IMG/VR virus record: IMGVR_UViG_3300034341_000592
Location: 1 to 28,570 of that record
Reading direction: 5' to 3' (one strand)
Source: a virus
Taxonomy: Duplodnaviria > Caudoviricetes
DNA: 28,570 nt
The number at the start of each line of letters is the position of its first letter. The first letter of the stretch is position 1. The notes below the pieces were generated by a model. It was not told the origin of the DNA. It worked only from the letters and a program-made list of their open reading frames with translations, and ran no database searches. Shown here piece after piece: positions 8,101 through 14,833 of the stretch. Both the position numbers and the translations under genes were made by a program.

Positions 8101-10355
8101 AGACCAAACCCAGCTCCTGAAAACCCAGCGTGATCCATGCCTTCTACGAATGGGTTGCCTAATAAAAGATTCTGTGTGCCCACCGTAGCAACTTCACCAA
8201 TAGACTCTAATAGTGTATCAGAAATAACTCCTTTATAACCGGATTTTGCATATGCAGCAGTGCTATTATCAACTATTGAATTAGCTTTTGGATTTCCTCT
8301 TAAAAATGTGCTTTTAGCTCTGTTTAATATTGGTATTGTTGTTAACTGAGCAAATGCTGCTTCAGCAACACCAAACCCTAAACTTTTAAGCCATACTTCT
8401 GAACCAGTGTATTCGGCGGTGCCGTTGGCAATTTCAGTTTGCATATCCATCATCTGCTTACCCGCAGAAGAAGAACCTATAACATAAGCTGCTGCCCCGC
8501 CTGAAGCCATAATTGAAGCAATAATAGGTAGTTGATTAGATACTTCTTGCAATGCAAATTTGCCAAAGTTTCCTTCTTTAAATGCATCATCGAACGCTAC
8601 GTCTCTAACATAACTTTCTCTAATGTCATTTGTCACTTCATTGTATTTAACAGCAAATGAATCTAGAGCTTTATTCATAGGCTTATATCCACCTACTAAG
8701 TATGTAGGTAAAGACAAAACTTTACCGCCTAAATACGTTATTCCAACCCCAATATCCCCAACACCTACACCTATTGATGTCATAGCTTTATCAGCAAGAT
8801 CATAATCTCTTCGGGTAGCGTCTAAAGCAGCTTCAATATTACTAATATCGCCTATGGCTTTATTTATTTCTTCTTGGGACTGTAAATAAAGTATTTCATC
8901 CGCTTGCGCTTTCGCTTGAAACTTTAAAGCACCATCTACAAAAGCTTCGCTAACAACAGAACCACTTGGTAAAATAACTTTTTTTGTTAAATCTGTATTA
9001 ACATCAATATCTAATTTTTTTAATACATTAACAAACTTGTCGGTTTCTAATTGGGTTACATCTCCACCTTCTATTATTTTAGAAAAAATATTTGTCGCTT
9101 CTTTTTCTAATGCAATTCTATCTAAAGACGTTTGTGCTTTAAAATTAGCGCTTAAATATCCAGTATTTAAAAAAGCTTGCAAGTTTGTTCTTATGCCTCT
9201 ATTTCCAATGCTCGCAATCTTATCTTGTATTTGTTCGCTTTGGTAATTAAAAACATATTCATTTTTTAACTCTGCTCTAACTTGAGCTTCAGCTTCAACT
9301 TTTAATTGCTCTTCTGTTTTTTCAGGCGAAATCTTTTTTAGCTTATTATAAGCGTTTTTTAAACGCGCCTCGTATGGCCTAACTTCTGTTTCATACCCAC
9401 CGCCTGTTGGAACACCACCTACAAAAGATGTAGCTTCAACTTTTTTAGTATAAGGCTTAAATAAATCTTCATTATCAAAATCCTGATAATCTGTAGATTG
9501 TTTTGCTTCGTCTGCTAATGGCTGCAAAATATCTAAAGCTTCTGTTTCTGCAACTTCTATACGCTCTTTTGTGCGTTTTACTTCTTCTGGCTTGTATGTT
9601 TCTGATAAAAACTTTTTTAAGCTTTTTATGTTATCAGTATAAAATGTATTTTTGGGCCCAGGTGTTGTAATATCAGTAAAAAGTTTAATTTCTTTACCGT
9701 CTTTTTTAGCTTTTATTACACGTCCTCCGGCCGCTGCAGTAGAACCTGTTCTTACTGTAGACGAAAACTCAACATCTGGAAACTGCACTTCTAAGTCTGC
9801 TTGAATTTGATCATAATCTCTTGAAAAGAAATTTTCATCAGCTTCTATAACTTCTGTTAAATATTTACCTGGATCTACAATTTTTTCTGCATCGCCCTCT
9901 ACAACAACTTCCTCTAGCTGCTTAGGTGGGGTTACAATTTTTGCCTGACCTCTAAATTTTCTTATGTAATCCTCAACATTGCCATATTCTTTTTCAACGT
10001 CTTCGTATGAGCTATATGTTTTCTCACCGTTTATATCAAACTCAATATATCTAGGATCTGGTGAATCCAAAGAAATATCTTCCGAAACTAAATCCGTATC
10101 TGGCTGCTCCGCCGTTGCTTCCGGTCCTACAGCCGCAGCCTCCTCCACAGGACCTATTGTCTTTTTTACACTCTGCAAAAAAGGGTCTTCAAATTCTTCT
10201 TGATCTTGAACATCTGGTTCAGTAGCGATATCCTCAATAACTTGTATATTAGGATTAGCAGCTAAATATTCTTCTACAGACATATTTTTAGCAGCAGCTG
10301 CCTCTTGAATTTCTTCCAGAGTATATTCAGATCCTTCAAAAATATATTTTGACAT
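2163..10355 (-). CDS. Giant (2730 aa) internal virion/DNA-ejection polyvalent protein with zincin, sigma-like and PD-(D/E)xK-like segments
   Basis: It is the largest and last of three genes after the tail nozzle, the usual position of podovirus ejection proteins. It has an acidic N-terminus, Gly-rich hydrophobic segments, HEVGH at aa 1028-1032, PD..EIK at aa 1676-1692 and a helical C-terminal region. Confidence 0.7.
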   Translation of the reverse strand: MSKYIFEGSEYTLEEIQEAAAAKNMSVEEYLAANPNIQVIEDIATEPDVQDQEEFEDPFLQSVKKTIGPVEEAAAVGPEATAEQPDTDLVSEDISLDSPDPRYIEFDINGEKTYSSYEDVEKEYGNVEDYIRKFRGQAKIVTPPKQLEEVVVEGDAEKIVDPGKYLTEVIEADENFFSRDYDQIQADLEVQFPDVEFSSTVRTGSTAAAGGRVIKAKKDGKEIKLFTDITTPGPKNTFYTDNIKSLKKFLSETYKPEEVKRTKERIEVAETEALDILQPLADEAKQSTDYQDFDNEDLFKPYTKKVEATSFVGGVPTGGGYETEVRPYEARLKNAYNKLKKISPEKTEEQLKVEAEAQVRAELKNEYVFNYQSEQIQDKIASIGNRGIRTNLQAFLNTGYLSANFKAQTSLDRIALEKEATNIFSKIIEGGDVTQLETDKFVNVLKKLDIDVNTDLTKKVILPSGSVVSEAFVDGALKFQAKAQADEILYLQSQEEINKAIGDISNIEAALDATRRDYDLADKAMTSIGVGVGDIGVGITYLGGKVLSLPTYLVGGYKPMNKALDSFAVKYNEVTNDIRESYVRDVAFDDAFKEGNFGKFALQEVSNQLPIIASIMASGGAAAYVIGSSSAGKQMMDMQTEIANGTAEYTGSEVWLKSLGFGVAEAAFAQLTTIPILNRAKSTFLRGNPKANSIVDNSTAAYAKSGYKGVISDTLLESIGEVATVGTQNLLLGNPFVEGMDHAGFSGAGFGLLFSGIPFMRGLHLSRYSDYSKLKKVREIQAEINGLSLEYNGAKNEAEKARIEEQIKKLSVDAANEIQLQEKNINEHITARAGQYVIDITNRQAKIQLEAKAILSDGSLTESQKAARLQQLQAETDYLQSSKEGALKDSAKVNKFTEFLLLKGSNEAQYNQYLNDAQALLSADKTAASEEKIQSKALELYFQDQIVAENSKANKRLGANFKSFNTVKEATAFIQNSKTISDPDKKTLIQNLKDGDDGAAYVSPEGKKTTYAVVENQVRNQRKFIRTHEVGHQVFWDILGTDPAAFDEIGRQLLETTKVISPSIHKQLLKEEGNGVEIVARFLERVAAGDVDFRNNNAKKAMSGLFGTIVQKKFGNEYDFNFAGETDMFNFVVGIGKKIADGSLTTTDIKKAKGSELVKQVKDAAIVLPTKQEQTRLKRAASTKKELSDVFPEDMDSTNAYFTVTNTNALDGSIINAAKAAGIPTDRLDVDAIKENIGIRLIKNYDPDKNTVFGYLLGPKGIVRAAVLDQAKKFKETVTDTAKSLDIQAGELGSVAEIAADEISIEEREAREAEEEAEAASTFNLTTSSALLPATTSKAKDKVLGIVRTLKNKINTAVSKNVNTVPIVKEVIQSSAKSIDIDIKKQIGGKADLKLRKWTIDNKADIINNASATWLMGKDSGKTVKGGIPIAIEKSVGGKYTGKTIEINVGGKTVKVKEFKPNFIPYPEWVGQKIDREKTLERGQTSGNEIVRKVKPAKISDNAFADFVTTEDGTPIRGRKESLSQELASRLGGQIFREEMLNAESDISKAFEQNQDLRGAVLSDNFRNEIIEQTERGLIARSAGMAVESAIGAMTRATNTERAEALQKIKSLLSPKEYQTLYDTEIGPFLDVMEEIDEGGWYVAEQKAIDGFNKLQKIVDNLKITQTEPVGDPSSPDVIFEYEGVPINWEIKKGKNARLSQMYISNWSTDSPGISRNVKQEYKDEILEAEKNNKGLKKYIDQLTNGKYSDKITFDGKNWIMPKNVYYALQRLGFQKNATTKLTLPTDIVSQLYKEKNTHYIGFTDIGNFSLDSNPMGLNLPPFLGEVDINVKFKPNFRSDGTVSVSRVAYPSLTTQTASDLAKTSTSSVYSTSSMKNLFESINKGTIAASKGKPVSDVLKKQYEQQQNYLISLTKGELDKKDTFDMRQVIARQMFPAQAMNDAVMAGTTDSFGALTDAQKKKVLAKVPGMIARSKKRKVSLNSEFNKMIERASGIAARKKLSGVVARRIGANKGMFKLFLPPSAEDLRGLYYSLLGSGRQGEADKEFFKDHVVAPYTRGIAAMEKAKQAIMNDFKALRKIFRPDLKAAGIQSMNQKVPGMDISVDQALRIYLWTQSDKTIPELTEADQKKAVEYIYKTPILQAYANGLLAISKQDSWSDPTEYWDAQTTLSDLTDIALNVNRKLYLKEFIENTEQIFSPDNFNKIEATLGKSARQSFEDILYRMRTGSNKPSGGDSIVNKWNNWVNNSVGAIMFFNRRSATLQLLSTVNFLNYTDNHPLRAATAFANFPQYIKDWTTIFNSPKLKERRGGLKSDVQEAEIAAAAKNANNKPLAMISYLLKIGFTPTKIADSFAIATGGAAFYRNRINTYKKKGFDDAEAEAKAWEDFSNISDETQQSGDPMLISKQQAGTMGRLILAFQNTPMQITRFQKRDFQDLINRRRIKGKNQFQSDMTYLSRITYYTAIQNLIFSTLQNGLFTLLPGFDDEDEENLTAEELDKIERKEEQKVQNVLNSMLDTTLRGSGLYGAVASTIKNVLIEYMRQQGKDPFQKDNAKILLQAINISPPIGSKARKFYNSLEAMDYERDVLEARGFGVMIDGKFQLSPAYQVLGNLASATINLPLDRAVTEIDAVTEALDSRNSDMQRIAMALGWKSWEVGAEIEEHELINTTAKETRAIEATRKRKEQSAAKRQKEIDAIQEMSQEEINAYANWKSKPENKGKRLLNYLEENK

Positions 10356-10369
10356 ATTATTTTATTTTA

Positions 10370-11833
10370 TTATGGTAATTTGTTTTTAGGCTTAGGCTTA
10401 GGTGATAATTTTTTTTCAACAGCAGCCCTATCTATTCCAGTGACAAAATTTAAAATGTCTTTTATACTTTCAGTGCTATCGATTTCTACTGTGTTAGCAA
10501 GCTGCGTGCCTCTTTGTTCTATAATATATTTGCCATCTTCTTTCTTGGCATATATATTTGGGCCTATTTTTATTGTCCCGCCTTCAGTAGCTTCAAGTTT
10601 ATTTAGCCCGTCTATTATATTCTTTTCAGCAGTGTTTAGAGCTTTTCCTGTAGAATCAATTTTATAATCTAGTGATACTGGAAAGTTTGCATTTGTTACA
10701 AACGTTTGAGAAGCTAAAAATATTTGCTTTTGTTCATCAGATAAAGGAGCGCCATCTTCAGTGTTTAATGTTTCAGGAGTGATTGTAATCGTTTTTTCCT
10801 TACCCTCATGCATGTAAGTGATACTCTCTCCCGATGTGTCCACTAAAAGTTGATTGGTAAACTGTGATTGCATATCGCGATCGCTCATACCTTGTATAGA
10901 CGCTTGCACTTGTGCAGCTGTAGCTGTTCTTAAACCTTCTACGTCATAAGAGTCTGCAACTTCTCTTCTTACAGTACCATCTTCTTCTGTAACGTATCTA
11001 TATGTTTTTTTAACCTCTTTCTGGCCCTGCTCATTTTCTTCATATTGAAGATACTTATCGGACATTTGATATCCAGTATTTGTTTTAACATATACAGGGT
11101 TTTCACCACCAGTTAAAGCAGTGTCAATTTTTTTATTTGTTTCAGGAACTTTATAAGCTGTAGGGTTTTGTGTAACATTCCATTCAAATGCTTCTTCACC
11201 TTCGGGGTAGAATTTTAATATTACATCTCCCTGTGAGTTTTTAGTCTGTTCAAAAGGCTTTTCTGCAGGTCTTTGGCCATTAAGTATAGACGCAGCTTTA
11301 AAATATACGTCATTGCCACTATTTTTGCTCTTATCAACAGTACCAGGTCCGCCCATTAATAACCCTTCACCACTTTGCACTTGTGCCTCACCAACCTCTG
11401 CCATAGTTGTATCTACATCTTGTATAGCGTCTAAAAAGTTATCATTTAGAGCTCTTAATTGCTGCTCTTCTTTAATATTAGCTTCTAGCTCTGCCTTTTG
11501 CTCTTCATTCCTAGGTATAAATGCCTTGTTTAACTCTTCAAGCTCGTATTGACGCGCTAAATTGCCGCGTACCATCCCAACCATAGCGTCACCTGGATCG
11601 CCGAACTTTTCAAGATAATCGTTTACAGCTTTATCTGCTTTTCTAGTTCCAGAAGCGGTAGCCTTAGTGTAGGTAGCATCGTCAAGAAGTGTTTGATCCG
11701 CTAGTTCTTTTTCTTTTTTAGCACGTTCTAAAACAGCCGTGTTAAGGCTTGTAGCAAAAGACTCAAACCCCTTAGCGAGTATAAGCGCACTCTTGTCGTC
11801 TACGACAGTTTGTGGATTTTCGTATGCTCCCAT
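10370..11833 (-). CDS. Putative internal virion (ejection) protein, 487 aa
   Basis: Lies between the small and giant ejection-type genes. It has a helical N-terminal half and no recognisable catalytic motif. Confidence 0.5.
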   Translation of the reverse strand: MGAYENPQTVVDDKSALILAKGFESFATSLNTAVLERAKKEKELADQTLLDDATYTKATASGTRKADKAVNDYLEKFGDPGDAMVGMVRGNLARQYELEELNKAFIPRNEEQKAELEANIKEEQQLRALNDNFLDAIQDVDTTMAEVGEAQVQSGEGLLMGGPGTVDKSKNSGNDVYFKAASILNGQRPAEKPFEQTKNSQGDVILKFYPEGEEAFEWNVTQNPTAYKVPETNKKIDTALTGGENPVYVKTNTGYQMSDKYLQYEENEQGQKEVKKTYRYVTEEDGTVRREVADSYDVEGLRTATAAQVQASIQGMSDRDMQSQFTNQLLVDTSGESITYMHEGKEKTITITPETLNTEDGAPLSDEQKQIFLASQTFVTNANFPVSLDYKIDSTGKALNTAEKNIIDGLNKLEATEGGTIKIGPNIYAKKEDGKYIIEQRGTQLANTVEIDSTESIKDILNFVTGIDRAAVEKKLSPKPKPKNKLP

Positions 11834-11836
11834 TTA

Positions 11837-12802
11837 TTATATTTTTTTGAATTCAACGTCAATTTTAGAGTAATCTACCCTATCAAATCCATCAAAGTGC
11901 TTTATAACTGCATCTTTAGGTATTTCGTCAGACATAACTCCCTGATAAACACCGTCGCCAAACATTTTATTAATATATTCAAAACTATATACTTTTAATC
12001 CGCTTGGTGAATATTTTATTAATTTAATATTTTTCTTTAATCTTTTATCAGATACGTCAAAAGCTTTTCCAGTTAGCCCAGCGCTAACAGCGCTTCCAAT
12101 TCCTGATATAGCTCCGGAAATAGCAGAGGCGCCTGCTTGTTGTGCAGCAACTTCTTGCTGTTGTTGACCTGTGATTTGTGCAGAAAGTCTATTTAATTTT
12201 GCAACTTCTCTATTTTCTTGTTGCTGGAATACAAACTGCTTGCCAGCAGCTTCAGATTGCTGCACTCTTTGTTTTTCAGAAAGCATTGCTTGCTGTTCAA
12301 ACTGTTCTTTCTTAAATTCACCTTCAGCTTTTAATTGCTCGTTTTTAGCCTCTTGTTGTTCAATGCTTGCTGCAATACCTTTTTTACTTTTAAGAGCTGC
12401 CTGGGCAAGCGCAGTAGCTCCACCGGCACTCGCGCCAGTCGATCTTATTGTGTCTAATGTGTTAGCAAGAGCAATATCAGCTTCTTCAGCTTGCATTGTA
12501 GCTGCATTTGTAGCAACGCCAATATTTTCAAAGGGGTTAGACATAGAAACAGGTATTTCTTTAACGCCTTCATAAGGGTTAACGATTGCTTGCCTATTGT
12601 TTTCAGCTGCTCTAAGCTCACCTTCTAATCTAAGTTTTTCTTTTCTTGCTGCTTTTTCCCGCCTTTTTGCTTTTTTTGATCCAAATATACCGCCTAGCAA
12701 ACTAGCGCCAGCGCTAATACCTACTGCTGCAAGCGCAGGAAACGGCGCATAAGTTAAGCCTAAATCTGGATTACCGAAAAAAAGTTCTAATATTTGTTCC
12801 AT
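11837..12802 (-). CDS. Putative small ejection/pilot protein with C-terminal peptidase S74 (intramolecular chaperone) domain
   Basis: Hydrophobic Gly/Ala N-terminal segment (ALAAVGISAGASLLGGIFG), Ala/Gln coiled coil and a second Gly/Ala segment. These are followed by SDKRLKKNI...YSFEY...YQGVMSDEI...VDYSKI, typical of the S74 autocleavage domain. Confidence 0.75.
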   Translation of the reverse strand: MEQILELFFGNPDLGLTYAPFPALAAVGISAGASLLGGIFGSKKAKRREKAARKEKLRLEGELRAAENNRQAIVNPYEGVKEIPVSMSNPFENIGVATNAATMQAEEADIALANTLDTIRSTGASAGGATALAQAALKSKKGIAASIEQQEAKNEQLKAEGEFKKEQFEQQAMLSEKQRVQQSEAAGKQFVFQQQENREVAKLNRLSAQITGQQQQEVAAQQAGASAISGAISGIGSAVSAGLTGKAFDVSDKRLKKNIKLIKYSPSGLKVYSFEYINKMFGDGVYQGVMSDEIPKDAVIKHFDGFDRVDYSKIDVEFKKI

Positions 12803-12806
12803 AATT

Positions 12807-14327
12807 TTAATATGATGATTCTACATAATTAGATGATACTGCAAATAATTCTTTAAAGCCACCTACATCAGTAACATCATCTGTTTTAATTGTAACTGTT
12901 GCAAAAAATCCTCTAATACCGGATATTTGTCTACCGTGAAGGATTTCACCAATTCTAATTGTAGTGTTGTTTTTTAATCTTGCAACATATTTGTTTTCTT
13001 TCCTGTCAAAGCCAGCATAGTATTTTATAAACGCAGGATCATATGTGCCCAATACAGAGTAATAGTCTGCTTTCTCTACAACTTGTCCATCTGCTGGGTT
13101 TATTACATACTCACCGCCATAATAACTTTTTACAGATGTAGTTGAATCATTCGATGTTGCATACACATTATTAACTGAATCTTGCCCTGTTTCGCTTGAA
13201 ATAAATCCTAAATAACTTACATTGTTATTATCAACTACAGTATCTATTTCCCATCCATTACTTCCTTCATAGCCTACTGTTTGAAAGTTTTTAACAGAGC
13301 TTACATTTGGATTAAACACAAATGTTATAGAAGCACCTGTTTGTTCACCATAAAAAGTGCCGCGGGCATTTGTTGAAGCTGTATCATAATGACGGAATAA
13401 TTCACCATCTTTCATGGTGTAGAAGTCATTGCGAAGGCTAAACATGTGGTCTGGCTTATATGTAAAAAAGCTTACCCAACCCTTAGGTCCCTCATCAAAA
13501 GCTAAAGTATCATACATTTCGTTTGAAGAAGAAACGTTTTTTTGTGTAGAAACAACATACTGTTTATTATGTATATCGTAGCCGCCTAAAATAATACCAG
13601 GCCCCTCAGGTGAGTCTATATCGTTAAATTTATCTCTAAAATAATCTCGCATTCCGTATTTTGAAATTTCCTCAATACCATTCATTGAAAGTCTCAAAAC
13701 AGAATTTCTGCGTTTATCAGTAAAATATTTTTGATAACCATAAACAGCAAAGCTTTCTGGGTTTTTGCTAATACCAAATTCACCTGCATATGGAACTATT
13801 TGGCCAACTACAACTCTGGAAGATGTAACAGTACCCCCGCCTTCAGCCGAATATATAGCGTCTTTATCTATAAGAGCTCTGCTAACTTTATTTTCCTGAA
13901 ATATAACCAAGTTAGTATCTTCAGCATATAGTTTTTGTATACTTCCTTTAGCGGGGTCAACTGATTTAGTTATATCCTCACCAACTGAAAATACATTAGT
14001 ATCATTAATACCTGTTCTAGAATTAAATATACCTGAATAAATTAATGCATTGCCTCTTACAGATCCGTTTGGTTCATCTTCAACTAAATAAGCTTTTACC
14101 CCAAAATCCACTGTAGTATTATTATACCCACCTCGTATTCTGGACTCTTCAATTGCCCATGTGCTATCCGATACATTAGTAGGCGCTATTTGCGGGTAGC
14201 CCCCTAAATCTTCAGGTATACCAAAAGAACCATTAGCGCCACCTCTGCCGTTGCTAGCATTTCCAATTTGGCCTACTCTTTTCAAAAGAAAGGTGTTAAA
14301 GTATTTAACTTCTATGATTGCACCCAT
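12807..14327 (-). CDS. Tail stabilisation/nozzle protein, C-terminal part (P22 gp10/crAss muzzle-like beta-propeller)
   Basis: GSIQKL...LVIFQENKV, GEFGISKNPESFA.YG...YFTD, VLRLS.NGIEEIS.YGM.DYF and GWVSF are repeats of the kind seen in the C-terminal half of crAss-like stabilisation proteins. Confidence 0.7.
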   Translation of the reverse strand: MGAIIEVKYFNTFLLKRVGQIGNASNGRGGANGSFGIPEDLGGYPQIAPTNVSDSTWAIEESRIRGGYNNTTVDFGVKAYLVEDEPNGSVRGNALIYSGIFNSRTGINDTNVFSVGEDITKSVDPAKGSIQKLYAEDTNLVIFQENKVSRALIDKDAIYSAEGGGTVTSSRVVVGQIVPYAGEFGISKNPESFAVYGYQKYFTDKRRNSVLRLSMNGIEEISKYGMRDYFRDKFNDIDSPEGPGIILGGYDIHNKQYVVSTQKNVSSSNEMYDTLAFDEGPKGWVSFFTYKPDHMFSLRNDFYTMKDGELFRHYDTASTNARGTFYGEQTGASITFVFNPNVSSVKNFQTVGYEGSNGWEIDTVVDNNNVSYLGFISSETGQDSVNNVYATSNDSTTSVKSYYGGEYVINPADGQVVEKADYYSVLGTYDPAFIKYYAGFDRKENKYVARLKNNTTIRIGEILHGRQISGIRGFFATVTIKTDDVTDVGGFKELFAVSSNYVESSY

Positions 14328-14353
14328 TTATTATCACTTATTTATATAAATTA

Positions 14354-14833
14354 TTACACAGTTCCGTCATATATTAGTATTGGCTCTTCTGTATAATTTC
14401 TTTTTTGTTTTGTTTCATTAAGATACGTAGGGCTAACCCAAAAAAGCCCATCTTTTCCCCATTCGCCTTTAAACCTTCTATGGACGCCTGACGCTATTTT
14501 ATATCGTTCCATGCTAACACCAAATTTTCTATCCTCTAAGCTAAGCATGCCGTGTATAGATTGGTGCGAACTGTGTACTTTTTTTCGGTAATGTATATCA
14601 ATAACAATAGGGTTTATAAGTATAGCTTTAGTTAAAGATTCTTTTAAATGGGGCAAAACTTTATTTCCTACAACTGCAAAATCAATATCTTTTGAATCCC
14701 ATTTATTTTCTATAATTCCTCCAACAAGATAAAGCTTATATCCTTCCCAATTAATTTTTTTTACTTCGTTTATTAATTTTTGAGTATGCTCATCATGCAG
14801 CCTAAGCTTATAATTACCTAAACGATTTTTCAT
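14354..14833 (-). CDS. Minimal nucleotidyltransferase-like protein (Pol-beta superfamily)
   Basis: LYLVGG-x9-DID matches hG[GS]x9-13DhD, with a later VIDI as the candidate third Asp. ATGA overlap with the upstream tail gene. Confidence 0.65.
   Translation of the reverse strand: MKNRLGNYKLRLHDEHTQKLINEVKKINWEGYKLYLVGGIIENKWDSKDIDFAVVGNKVLPHLKESLTKAILINPIVIDIHYRKKVHSSHQSIHGMLSLEDRKFGVSMERYKIASGVHRRFKGEWGKDGLFWVSPTYLNETKQKRNYTEEPILIYDGTV

Noticed and set aside
2163-10355. Virion RNA polymerase as in Crassvirales giant proteins
   Set aside because: I found no DxDxD catalytic motif in a suitable context. DGDDG, DIDI and DFDNED do not fit. A highly diverged polymerase cannot be fully excluded without profile searches.
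14328-14833. Self-splicing intron or homing endonuclease interrupting the nozzle gene
   Set aside because: The intervening ORF has no LAGLIDADG, HNH or GIY-YIG motif. There is almost no non-coding sequence for a ribozyme core, and the downstream half has its own ATG.
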